Source: Lama guanicoe
Lineage: Eukaryota
Assembly (NCBI GenBank): GCA_013239625.1
Contig: MU054001.1
Location: 1,367,884-1,431,883 of the forward strand
Length of the DNA stretch: 64,000 nt
Reading direction: 5' to 3'
Shown: piece after piece, positions 48,416-60,104 of the stretch
How the letters are laid out: each line of letters begins with the position of its first letter
Numbering within the stretch: the first letter of the stretch is position 1
Program-made: the position numbers and the translations under genes
Notes under the pieces: model-generated
What the model was told of the DNA's origin: nothing
The model's input: only the letters and a program-made list of their open reading frames with translations
Databases searched by the model: none

Positions 48416-51400
48416 AATTTTCTTTTCTGGGAAACAATGGTGATCAGAAATGGACAACCACCTACCTGATAGGCTTGTTATGAGAAACAGATAAACTATA
48501 CCAAAGCCTCGGCCCACAGTCGTACCTCATCACGTGCATTTCAAGTCAAGTTCACAACCTTATAAATAATACAGAAATCAGCAAAAAGGCCGGATATGAT
48601 ACGAAAGCGTAAGAGATTGGCAAATCCTTCCAAGTACCTAGGAATACACGCAGGTCCTGTCCTCAGAGCCTATTACACAAGCCATGCCCTCTCCCCAATT
48701 TGACTCAATACCAATAAATCAGGTATGAAGTCAAAAAGCCGAATTTTGAAAATGTCAGCATTTAGGGGCATATTTTAGAGCAAAAGTTTCAGGAGGAGAG
48801 ACACCTCCACTCCACAAAAGTGAACAGCGAGAAGCAAATACCGCAGTTGCTGAGCAGGTAAGAACAGGTGAGCTCACGTCGGACAAGCAGCTGGAACTAT
48901 ACTGTCATGTTCCTACTTTTCAAACTGAAAATAAACATGACAGGTGCTCATTTGGCTGTTCAAGCACTTTCCACTTAAATGGCAATTCCTCAAGCTTACC
49001 GACGCAGCCTGGAGTTATAATTTACTACCGCTGCTGTATTATTCCCTCGCCTCGGCAGAGAGCACAACACAGCACCTACATTTCAAGACCCATGAGAGGT
49101 AATAAAGTATAATTATTTAGAATTTATGATTAAGCTATATATTATCGGTACTTTTTACTCCAGTGGTCAGTCAGAGGTTGAGGGAGGAAGGGAACGGGGT
49201 CAGAGGAAGCAATACCACAAGCCTTCTCCTTTGAATGCAACGTCTAAATCAGGGCGGGCGGGAGGGACACCTGGAGGATTAAAAAAGCTGCCACAGCAGC
49301 CCAGGGAAGTCCCAGAGGAGCCCCAGTTAAGCGACTTTAAAGTCCCGGAGGCCTCAGCTCTTCCTGCTCACAGAGCTACAAACTCCAACTAGAGAGCTCG
49401 TGTTGACTCCACAGACAGAAGCAGGGCACGCTTTCAGGCTGCACCACATCAAACGTCCACAGTGCCCTGGGCCTTGCTGCTCTGAGCCGAAGGTATTTCA
49501 GAGAAGGGGAACCTAGTGGATGAAAAGCCAGAGGCCAGGCTCTGTAAGGAAACAGCCTCCCCCAAGGTAAGATGGCGGTTCCCGCGGGGCCCTGGGCCAA
49601 CAACGGCCAGACGTCCACTCTCCTCATCCTCAGGAATCTACTGGTGAGATGTCCCTTTCTTGTAGTTCCTTCGTGTGGCTACAGAAATACGCACCTGGAA
49701 TGGGCAGGTGCCAGGCTGGCAAGACTCAGGGCACGAAGCAGGGAGAGAAGACAATACTCGGCACTCCAGTGGCAGGCCCTCCCTTGCTGGTTCTCCCGTG
49801 GACCAGGGCCCAGCTCCCAGTCTTCAGAATGAGTCTCCACCTTCAAGTCGGGGCTTGCAAAGCACTCTCCCGTATACTTTCTGATTTGGCCTCACAATAA
49901 GCCTGGGCGGCAGGCATTGTGAAGTTTTACAGGGGAGGCCAAGGCTCAGCGGGGTGTTTACAGTGCATCACCAGCGGACAAGAGGGGAGTCTGGAACGTG
50001 GTCACCTGACCGGAAACAGCCTTTCATGATTCTACCCTACAGTGTTGGTGAGGGAAAGCCAAACCAAAAAGGATACACTGTGCATTGCACTTTATATTGC
50101 TGTTTTCGTTATTGGCTGTGGCATTTTTACTTGGCAACTGAAGCTTTGAAATAGCTTGATCGTTATTGTAATGACAGATACATGCAAATGAGATGTAGTT
50201 GGATTTAATGAAACAAAAGGAAAGCGATCAGACAGAACAGAGTCATGAAGAGTGACACGTAAAAAATAATAATAATAAATTAAGGGGGGGAGAAAAAGGA
50301 GGTTTGCCCGAAATGTTTACCTAGCACTCACCTTTGTCCTGAAACATCCCACCTTCCACCCTCGGCTCCTGGTTAATGAACATAATTTGGCTGATGTCCC
50401 TTGAACTGTATAATCTGTTCCACAAAAAGAACAAACCCAGAGTTTGCCTCCAAGCCACTTTTAGGTCCCTAGCTCCCTGGTTGCATTCAGTCTATGGAAA
50501 ACATCTGTGGCAAAGTAAATCATCCTACTCTGAGAAAGACCAGAGTGTACTTTTTTTTTTTTTTACTCTAAGTGTATTTTGAAGTCCTGGTTGGAAAATT
50601 AGTGAAAATTGTAAATCTGCTTGCAAATCTGGTCATGTCTAACTCTGAGATTAGGGCAAAGATTCCAATTTAAAAGTAAAACCGTGACAACCCCAGTTAA
50701 GCGTGTCCTCAGGCACTGCCAGCAGGGCCTTCACTCAATTCCACAGGCAGTGGATTTATTACAGGCACCCGACACGTTCCCCATCAGACACCCCTGGAGT
50801 ATTTACTTGAGACAGCAGGGTTCAGTCTGCACTTCCTCTGCAGACCAATATATTATTATAAATTGAGCTAAACTGTTTCCTTTTCATAAGTGCTATGAAG
50901 TTCAGATTTCAGATATCAGCACAGGGCTGAGGTCCCTCCACAGGGCTCTGTATAGTATCCGGGTTTTAAAACATAAAGAGAAAAAGGTAGCTTTGGACCA
51001 TGGTTGCTTTTATTTTTGTTTTGTTCTGTCTAAGAGGAGAGGGAGGAAAATTCATTTTAGAACTCGAATATGACATCTTAATAAGAAAATATATCCTAAA
51101 TACAAACTCTGGGTACAGTGTGCTAGGTTTGGCCCTGCTCAGTAGGTTGTCGGTTATTTCACTGAGATCTGAAGGCAGGAGTTGGAAGTCAGGACTAGAT
51201 GTTATGTCTTGGATATCAGCTCCTATAAAACAGTAACACTCCCTTTTGTGTATCACCTCCAATAGCTAAAGGAAACCACAGTAGATTTTTAAAAGTATAT
51301 TCATTATAATATATAAGTCAAAAGGACAATGTAATTATTTAATGCTTTCACTATTAATGTATTTCTGAGCCAAGAAAAACATATGGAAAAACACATTGAA

Positions 51401-51838
51401 TAAGAAATGGAAAAGAAAGAAGCAGATAACCACCATCGTCACGTTCTCCTCTTCTCTTCTGAACAATTTAGTCCTTGAGGTGAGGCAGAGGCATCGTGGG
51501 GTGAGGAGGGCATCCATGTATGGGGGTGGGGGAGCTGGACATGGGTGTCAGAGCCCAAGTGAGATAACAGGACAAGTTCCAATCCATGCTTCTTACCAGC
51601 TGTGTAACCATGGCTAAGGCACTACATCAGTCTAACCTTAATATTTTCATTCTCAATATAGCTAACATCTACTTCTCAGGGTTACTGAGAAGATTAAAAG
51701 AAGGTCTGATGTGTCATTAATCCCCCAATAAATGTAGCTGTTATTCATATACTACTATTACTCCAGATACAGCTATATGTGCATCTAGGGAAAAGGCTGA
51801 AAAGGAATGTACTAAAATAGGCATGAACCTGATTTTTA

Positions 51839-52083
51839 TTTTATTCTTCTTTCATTTCATACTTTTCTGAACTTCTTTTCCATACAATGAGCATGTATTA
51901 CCTTTTCAATCAGATGTTACTAAATAAATAGAAAATAGCTGAATCTTGACAATGTGTATGCACTACTTTTATATACAGAAAATTAATAAAGCTAGTAAAA
52001 ATAGCACCATTCTGGTTCTCATTTCTTTTAAAGATGCAAAATGCTATCAGAAACTCTTGAACAAAGTGTCCAAAAGCAAAGTG
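51839..52083 (+). repeat. 245-bp direct repeat, copy 1
   Basis: Identical by eye to 53612-53856. Confidence 0.95.
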
Positions 52084-53611
52084 GTTTATTGGTTGAAATG
52101 ATCACCCACTTATACTCATGGTAAATAGCCACATCTGGGTGGTATATTAAAAAATGAATTAATAGTCTGTTTTACCTACAAATGTTGCTCAGCGATGTGG
52201 CAAAGACTTCAGAAAACCAACTTAGTTCCTGAGGCAAGGAGGGGAGGGGCGGGTGAAGAGATGGCCTTAACCCTAAAAGCATTTCCACATAGAGATTTCA
52301 GTGAATCAAGGTCAAATCTAAACGGTCCCTTTTAGAGTGAGACAAGCACTGTCTATGAAGCCTGCAACCCACACTGGTCCCTGTTCTGCCTCACACGAAC
52401 TGAGGGACCATGGGCAAATTACTTAAGAACAGAACAACCCCTGCACCGTCTCCCTCATAAGGTTGTTTGGAGACTGAATGAGACTGCTTATGTGAAACTG
52501 ATTTGTAAACTGTAAAGCGATGTGCAAACGGCAGGCGAGAGATTTAGGGCTTACTTAGCTCTGTGTTTCACAAATGCAGGAATCATCCATGAAAAGAATT
52601 GAAGAACTGAAGAATTTACCACGGAATCACACCATGAGAAAGTAGTTCCCTACACAATGCTCTTCCGATCTACCCTCTGACATGGAGGGGAAAGTCTGAG
52701 ACTGGCACCGTTATGCAGCTAACACCTGTCTGTAACAGTTACAGAAGACAGACCAGAACTCGGGCTTGGGACCTGCAGCAAACAAAAGCAGAGGGCACTT
52801 AATACTGTTTTCCTTTCTCTCTTTATACAACTCCTCTAATTATGCCAAGGGAAGCTGGCTTTCCATTTAAGATAGCGATATAAAATCTCCTAAAATAGAT
52901 TCATTTCAGTGAAAGAAAAAAAGTGATTTCATCTAGAGAGAAATATTACATAAGTAACAACAGTACAGGGAGCACGTGGACCTGGCAAGAACCTGGACAT
53001 CGATGTGAGAATGATTGACACCTGGAAAACATTTACTGAGCTAATTGCCTCAAGGGCTACTCCAAATTCTTAATTCCTAGAAGGCAAGGACCAAGTTTTA
53101 GCCATCTCCACTCTCTCCTCCAGAACCTTATGCAGCACGTAGAACACAGTGGGCCCTCTACAAACACTCTATTGATTGGGAAATAATTCTTATTATAAAT
53201 ACTGAGTTTAAGCCTTGCGCTTCCTAGCTCTAAAACCAAACACATGGGGAGATTACTCCCCTAGCTAGGTAAGAGTGAGATCAACCCTAAATAATCCGGA
53301 GTCAGAGCCAAGGACAGAACAAACCCTGAGAGGCTTTGTGAGGGGAAACAGATATTGTTCGCACACTGTGCATCAGAAAGCAAATAGAGAATCTAAAAAT
53401 AAAACAAAAAACTCAGAGCACAGAAGCAAAACACAATGCTCTACAGCTTCATTTAGCCTGACCACAGCTGAAACACTGCCCCTAAGAGAACTAAATGAGG
53501 GAAATGAGAGAAACTCAATGAGGGGAGGGAAAGGCTGCGCCGTCAGGTCAGCTGTTCCTGAGAAGAAACTAAATTCACAGCAAAAAAAGACTTTCACTAA
53601 AAACCTATTTT

Positions 53612-53856
53612 TTTTATTCTTCTTTCATTTCATACTTTTCTGAACTTCTTTTCCATACAATGAGCATGTATTACCTTTTCAATCAGATGTTACTAAATAA
53701 ATAGAAAATAGCTGAATCTTGACAATGTGTATGCACTACTTTTATATACAGAAAATTAATAAAGCTAGTAAAAATAGCACCATTCTGGTTCTCATTTCTT
53801 TTAAAGATGCAAAATGCTATCAGAAACTCTTGAACAAAGTGTCCAAAAGCAAAGTG
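53612..53856 (+). repeat. 245-bp direct repeat, copy 2
   Basis: Identical by eye to 51839-52083 (offset 1773 bp). Confidence 0.95.
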
Positions 53857-54149
53857 ACATCTTTTGAAAACTTCACACAGATCAGTTGACTTAGATGATC
53901 TGGTAGCTCTAATGAAAAATCTTGAAAGCTGTTTAGCACATTTGGGGAACTCCATAAACACTGAGAATGAAAAGAAAACCAACTTTTAAAATGAGCAGTA
54001 GCTTTAAAAAAAATTGTTACAGATAGAAGTTTCATTATCACTACAAAATACTTGAAAAATGTATTTCAAAAGACATATTCGAAGTCTGCACCCAATAATC
54101 TAAAACTTAGACACCAGAGCATCAACAAAGCTTTGATCCTCCCAATTAC

Positions 54150-54293
54150 CAAGCATAAAGTAGCAGTCTCCTTGGTGAAGGGGTATTGCCAAACCAGGTG
54201 TCTCTATGTCCCACGAGATCTTGAAACCGACATGCCAGATATCAGGGTCTCTGCCTTCGAGTTGAGGATCATCCTCGCTTTCCTCTTCAGGAC
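54150..54293 (-). CDS. FTO: FTO coding exon 4 (144 bp, phase 1-1), AlkB-like catalytic domain
   Basis: Translates (G)[47 protein letters not shown](D), matching mammalian FTO; acceptor ...cttttgacag at 54294-54295, donor gtaatt at 54144-54149. Confidence 0.98.
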
Positions 54294-54353
54294 CTGTCAA
54301 AAGAGCAAAGAATAATCAGCAAGGAGATGTTTCATCTAAAGTTCTCGGTTTCA

Positions 54354-54534
54354 CAACAAGGACCGACTGCATAGCACAGGGAACGATATTCAATGTCTTG
54401 TAATGAGCTGTAATGGAAAAGAATCTGAAAATACATGTATGTATATGTGTAACTGAATCGCTTTGCTGTACACCCAAATCTAGCATTGTAAATCGACTAC
54501 ACTTCAGTAAAAAATAAGAATTAAAAAAACAATA
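54354..54534 (+). mobile_element. Short L1 3'UTR insertion
   Basis: gactgcatagcacagggaacgatattcaat...aactgaatcgctttgctgtacacc...; 16-bp TSD aaagttctcg(g/t)tttca at 54338-54353 and 54535-54550. Confidence 0.9.
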
Positions 54535-54962
54535 AAAGTTCTCGTTTTCATAATAGTTATCTTAGGAATAACTGAATTTTTAATAAAATATGGATAAGTG
54601 AACTATACAATCCTTTTATGTCACTTAAAAAAATTATTTGACAACTGAGGACTTACCCAGGTTTTGTCAGACTCAAGGTGGGGGTCAACTTTTTAATCAT
54701 AACTTTTATGCTCATTTCTCACTCCTGAGTGCTAGCATAGGTTGAATTATCTGGTACTTCAAAACTGTAGTTACGACAAATATTTGCAACATGATAGTGT
54801 GTTTTACAGGGAAAACAAGATTAGTGACCTGTGATCTTTCCCACACGTAGCATTCGAGCCTTCTGGATTAGAAAGAGGTGATGAGGGGAGAGAACTGAAC
54901 CTAGGTGCCAAGTCCAGCTTGCACACCCACCTTAGAGGTCCTCACAGCAAGTGTTCTGAGGA

Positions 54963-55173
54963 CAGGTGACCCTTGAACAACACGGGGATTGGGGTGCTGA
55001 GTCCCACACAGTTGAAAATAAAAAACTTTACCGTAGGTCCTTTGTGTCTATAGTTCCGCATCTGAGGGCTCAACCAAGTGCTTGCAGATCGTGCAGTACT
55101 GTAGTGGGGGCTTGCTGAGAAAATCCGCGTGAGCGGGCCCACCCAGTTCAAACCTGTGTTCAAGGGTCAGCTG
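54963..55173. mobile_element. Tigger2-family MITE (MER8-like)
   Basis: 17-bp terminal inverted repeats caggtgacccttgaaca / tgttcaagggtcagctg (1 mismatch), followed by TA. Confidence 0.88.
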
Positions 55174-55797
55174 TATTATAGTTACATTTTAACATGCTCT
55201 TTTTTGTCTCCATTGATTGGTTTTTTATTATATGTATTTTTGTAAGCCACTTAAATAATTTGGAAAAAGAGAGTTCTTAACAAATGTTAAATACTTATCA
55301 GTGAAATAAACCTTATTCAACTAAAAATCAAAAAAAAATTATTTAGAATATTTTTAACATGTCATTTATTTTTAATCAAAAAAAATCTAAAAATGGAAAG
55401 GAAATAACCACAGATACCAATGAAAATGAAAGAAAATTATTTTGCTTCAAGTCCGTGTAGCTAAATTAAAAAATCCAGATTAAATGGATAGTTTTTTAGG
55501 AAAATATTATTGACCAAAATCGACCCCAGAAGATGCAGAAAGCTAAACAAGTCACAGAAGGTATAAAGAAAGCTGTCAAAGAACTCTCTCTCACGAAATC
55601 ACAGACCTAGAGAGTTGCAGAGGAGATCTCTATCAAACAGTTAAAAGTGGGTAATTTCAATATGGTGTAAATTATTTAAGTGCATAGACAAGTGTCCAAA
55701 TTCGTTTCATAAAGCTAGAATATGAATCAAAGTCCACACACACACACACACCCCAGTCTCACATCTGAAAATTAATGCTTAATTCCTAAATATAATA

Positions 55798-56288
55798 TAG
55801 AGGGTTCCCAGAATGATGGTTTGACTTTACAATTTTTCAGCTTTATGATGGTATGAAAGCAGTATGTATTCAGTCAAAAACATACTTTGAATTTTAATCC
55901 AACCCTGGGCCAGCGATACGCAGGACAATAGTGTCTGTCCTGTGATACTAGGCAGGGGTAGCTCTTGAGCAGCCACACAATCACGAGGGTGAAGAACCAA
56001 CGCATTGACAACCATTCTGTACCCACACAACCATTCTAATTTTCACTTTCAATACAGCACTCAGTGAATTACATGAGATAGTCAATATTTTATTACAAAA
56101 TAGACTTCATGTTGGATGATTTTGCTCAAAAGTAGGCTAATAAAAGTGTTCTGAGCACACCTGAGGCAGGCTAGGCTAAGCTATGATGTTCAGCAGATTA
56201 GGTGTATTAAATGCAGTTTGACTTATGATATTTTTCAGCTTTACAATTTTATTGGGAGGTAACCCCACTGTAAGTTGAGGAAGACCTA
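55798..56288 (-). mobile_element. Tigger5/MER47-like DNA transposon derivative
   Basis: gtgttctgagcacacctgaggcaggctaggctaagctatgatgttcagcagattaggtgtattaaatgca...gtaagttgagga matches the recalled MER47/Tigger5 terminus. Confidence 0.8.
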
Positions 56289-56490
56289 CTTAAGGAAATA
56301 GAATCCAAATCCAGCAGCATATTAAAAGAATAGCATTCTATGATCAAGGAGCACTTATTCCATGAATACAAGGATAGTTCAATATGCAAAAACCTGTACT
56401 TAAAATCCATCACATTCATAGATGAATACAAACAAGAAATTCATGAGTCACCAGAGATACACAAAAGTGTTTGATAAAATACATCCTTTT

Positions 56491-56630
56491 GAGGGACAGG
56501 TATAGCTCAGTAGCAGAGCACATGCTTAGCATGCATGAGGTCCTGGGTTCATTCTCCACTACTTCCATTAAAATAAATCAATGAACCTAATTACCTCCCC
56601 CCAATAAATAAAGTGAAACGTAAAAAAAAA
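56491..56630 (+). mobile_element. vic-1-like SINE
   Basis: ggtatagctcagtagcagagcacatgcttagcatgcatgaggtcctgggttca...aacctaattacctcccccc plus A-rich tail. Confidence 0.88.
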
Positions 56631-56739
56631 TTCTTTCATTATAAAAAAAAACACCTCAATGAGATAGCAATAGGTGGCTAGTTCCTTAACATGATACACT
56701 TCAGATTTATCTGAATCCCAAAGCCAGCACATTTTTTAA

Positions 56740-57162
56740 GGTGTTTCGCTTTTTTTATTACTTAAAAAAGCCTCATGTTTTATTTGCTTTCTGAATCTGT
56801 GCTTGTGCTTCCAATACTTTCACAATTTTCTGCTCCTCAATAAGAAAAGCACGCTTGATCCTGTCACAGACACATTCAGCACACATGGAACCACCATGAG
56901 CCCGGCTGACATGTCGTTTTGTTTTAGACAGTCTTGTGAGAACTTTAGGTCTCACAGTGTGAACTCCTCGAAGTCGGCCTGGGCTCACACCACATGCGGA
57001 TTTTGGTGCTTTCCCAACTTTCTTGGTATAAAGGTAAACAATTCTATTACCAGGGGCTCAGGACAGCCTAGTTTTGTTAGAGGCTGTATTGTAGGACAGC
57101 CTGCGACAGTATGTCAAATGCTGGACCATTCTGAATGCCTCTAGCTACAAACCCTGGAGGAG
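56740..57162 (-). pseudogene. RPL34: Processed pseudogene of 60S ribosomal protein L34 (eL34)
   Basis: Intronless frame from ATG at 57129: [47 protein letters not shown]...[23 protein letters not shown]; premature TGA at 57058-57060; C-terminal frameshift; AATAAA at 56754-56759; degenerate flanking direct repeats at 56719-56739 and 57163-57182. Confidence 0.96.
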
Positions 57163-59899
57163 CAAAGGCCAGCATATTTTAACAGTGAAGAATTAGAAAC
57201 ATTCCCAAAGTTAAGACAATGCTCTTTATAACCCCAATGACTCATGTAAACAAATGTAAAGACATGTTAGGTTTTTGGGAAACAAGACGAAACATCATGG
57301 ACATGTCAGTTCTCCCTAAATCATCTATAAATTTGACACAACACAATAAAAATATCAAGAGGATTGATTTTTAAGTGAATGGGGCTGGTCACTAGACAAG
57401 CTAATTCTACAATTCATGTAGAAATATAAAACAAGCAAGTATAGCCAGGGAATTTAACTATATAAAGAGTTTCCACATATCAATAAGATAAAGATCAACA
57501 ATTAAACAGAAAAAAAAAGGGCAGAAGTTATAAAGACAGAACACATGAAATGAAATAGAAGTACGTAAACATACAAAAAGATGTTTAAACATATTCATGT
57601 AAGAGAAATACAAATTAAAACCACAATAGATATTTTTTACCTATCAGAAAAAAACACTTTCATAAAATACAGTGTCACTTAAGAGTGTAGCAAAATGGCA
57701 CACTCACATTCTCTGCAGAGGACTATCTGGCAATACTCATCAAAACTACAAATGCGTAAAGCCTTTGAACTTAGAGGAATTCCACAATACCACTTCTAGG
57801 AATGTACTCTAAAATTCCAAGTTGCCGAAGTTGCAAATGAGCAAGGATATTTATGGTAGCACTGCGTATAAGAGCAAAAGATTAGAACAACCTAAATATT
57901 CATCAAGAAGTTTCTGGTTAAATAAATTATGAAATGTCCAGGCAATAAAACACTATATAGTCACTTAAAGTAATATGAGTATACACTGAAGCAGAACTAG
58001 CTGTTATACTTTTAAGAGAAAGGAGGACATTATAATTTGTGTAAAAAATACAAACACATACACACATGTGTGCGTATGTGCATATAATATTTCTGGCAGG
58101 AAAGGCACACACTATACTTCACTAACAGTCCTGCGCCCACATCAAACCTTAAAAGCTCATTTAAGAAATATTTATTGAGCACTTACTGTATACTAGGCAC
58201 TGACCTGGGCACCTGATATATACCAATGAATGAAACAAAGAGCTAAGCCCAGTGGAGCTTCTCTGCCAGTGGAGTTGTAAATGTTCATTACTGATTACTA
58301 AAAAGGGGAACGTTTTAAATTCCATTAGACTTTAATCCACTAGACTCTGGTCTTCAAGGGCTGGGTCTGTTTTTCTGTCCACTCACACTTAGTGTCCTAG
58401 TAACTGGCACATAAAAGGCACCCAATGAACACGTGGACTAAACTGCTTGCTTAAAGGGAAAATGTCCTTTCAGTTCACACCACTCGCGGTCCTCACTGTG
58501 CTAGATGGTGGGAAGAGAATTAATGAAGGAGGGGAAAAGAAACAAATGCCAATTAAATCAAATGATGTAAAGCACAACTGCTAAATTAGTACAGTTCTCA
58601 ATATTAAAGAGGTCTAGAGAAGAGACAGGTTCACCGAGGGCTAGAACGGATAGAGCAGAATTCTCGGAGATGATCAAACTTGAAACAAGTACAGTTTAGA
58701 CTCAGAAGGTAGAGTATGAAAGATGTAAAGTTTTACAAATATAAAAATTTTTTAAGCTTGATGCAATCAAAATAGACAATAAAGCGTGTTTTCCTTGGGC
58801 TCCATCACGTGCATGTCACATATATGATCCAAAAGGACATAATCCCAGGTGGCACCCATCCATACGGAGTCCCTAAATTCTGAACATCTTACTCAGCAGT
58901 AACTGTGCACCAGGATTAGAGGCAGTAACAGAAAGAAAAAACAGAATTCCCCGTGATAATCATTCATTTCCATTACTCTGCACAGGTATGGTGGCAAAAA
59001 AAAAAAAAAAAAAAAACCAGACCAGAAATCCAAGTTCATGGTCTCTTCAAAGAAGGAATGCTACTAAAACCTTTAAGGACACATCCAAGTGTGGACAGTC
59101 TTCAATACCCTACATTTGAATCTAAAATCTGATACCGCCATAGGAACAGAATCTCACATTCTGTCCTATGTGCTGTAATTTCTGATACATATTCTTTCAA
59201 GTACTTTTTAGTGAAGAGAAATTTTTACCTAGGTTTCTTTAAGAATAGTCATACAATTAAAAAGTCTAAAGCCATTTCCTACCTTAATCCCAAAAATATT
59301 TTAAAGAGAATCCTCTGGAACAGGGATGACAAATAATGTACATACCAGAGAACACAACTAACTCATTGGTGGTGGGCTTTTTGAGCCCAGGTGGAAAATT
59401 ACTTCGAAATTTTCTCCAGGCTCAGCAGGCAAGAGTGGTCTGATTGATTACTGGTGTATGTTGCACGCACAGGAAGAGGTAGTTAGCACCACTAGAATTA
59501 GATATTTGCTATCCATGTTTGATGACAATCTCCAGGAAGTTCTTATTTATATATAATACAAAGTTGGAGCTGAAAACAGCAGAATTTGCCAAACTAGATC
59601 CTGTAGACCAGAAGAGAGCTCACAAAGGTAGATAACTTGACCACCATGACATTTTCTAAACAAATCTAAATTAGTTGCCAGCTGATAAAAGTGCCTTGCG
59701 TAAAGATACCAATTTCCCACCACTCTTGAATTACAAGATCGGGTATCACTGGGCCACTCACAAGTGGCTGCAGGTAAGAAGTCGCTGCCTCTTTTAGACA
59801 AGGCACATGCTCTCGGCCAGTGGCAGTGCCCAGTTGGCCACTTGACTCCTTAGCAGGCTCTCCCTGTCTCCTACAGGCATTTAAGCCCATGAACCTTGC

Positions 59900-60104
59900 T
59901 CTGGCCCACCAGCAAGTCAGACCTATCACCTGCTCTTACAAAGTTTACCTGGAACACAGTCAGGATCATCATTCACATCTTGTCCATGGCTGCTTTCACA
60001 CATAATAACAAGGCTGAATAGCTAAGACACAGGCCAGGAGGCCCATGAAGCTGAAAGTCTTTATTCTCTGGGTCTTTATACAGAAAATATTTGCCAACCC
60101 CTGC
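59900..60104. mobile_element. MER58-like MITE
   Basis: aaagtttacctggaacacag...tgtccatggctgctttcac...tttatacagaaaatatttgccaacccctg. Confidence 0.75.

Larger units (their letters stand above)
47917..48520 (+). mobile_element. MIR SINE interrupted by two insertions
   Basis: MIR 5' half up to gaacaagttattttacatctctgagcctcaatttcc, resuming after 48416 (…cctacctgataggcttgttatgag). Confidence 0.7.
55350..58110 (+). mobile_element. Very old L1 ORF2/3' remnant hosting later insertions
   Basis: ORF2-like pieces (taaatggatagttttttaggaaaata; aatccagcagcatattaaaagaat; gtcagttctccctaaatcatctataaattt; acaagctaattctacaattcat). Confidence 0.7.

Noticed and set aside
54100..54300. 66-aa ORF as a standalone gene
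   Set aside because: Its start and stop are intronic; only 54150-54293 is coding (FTO exon 4).
56500..56575. Possible tRNA-Ala gene
   Set aside because: Degenerate stems and a SINE-type tail shared with other copies show it is a SINE head.
56773..56988. 71-aa RPL34-like ORF as a functional protein
   Set aside because: It starts at an internal GTG downstream of the premature stop of a decayed retrocopy.
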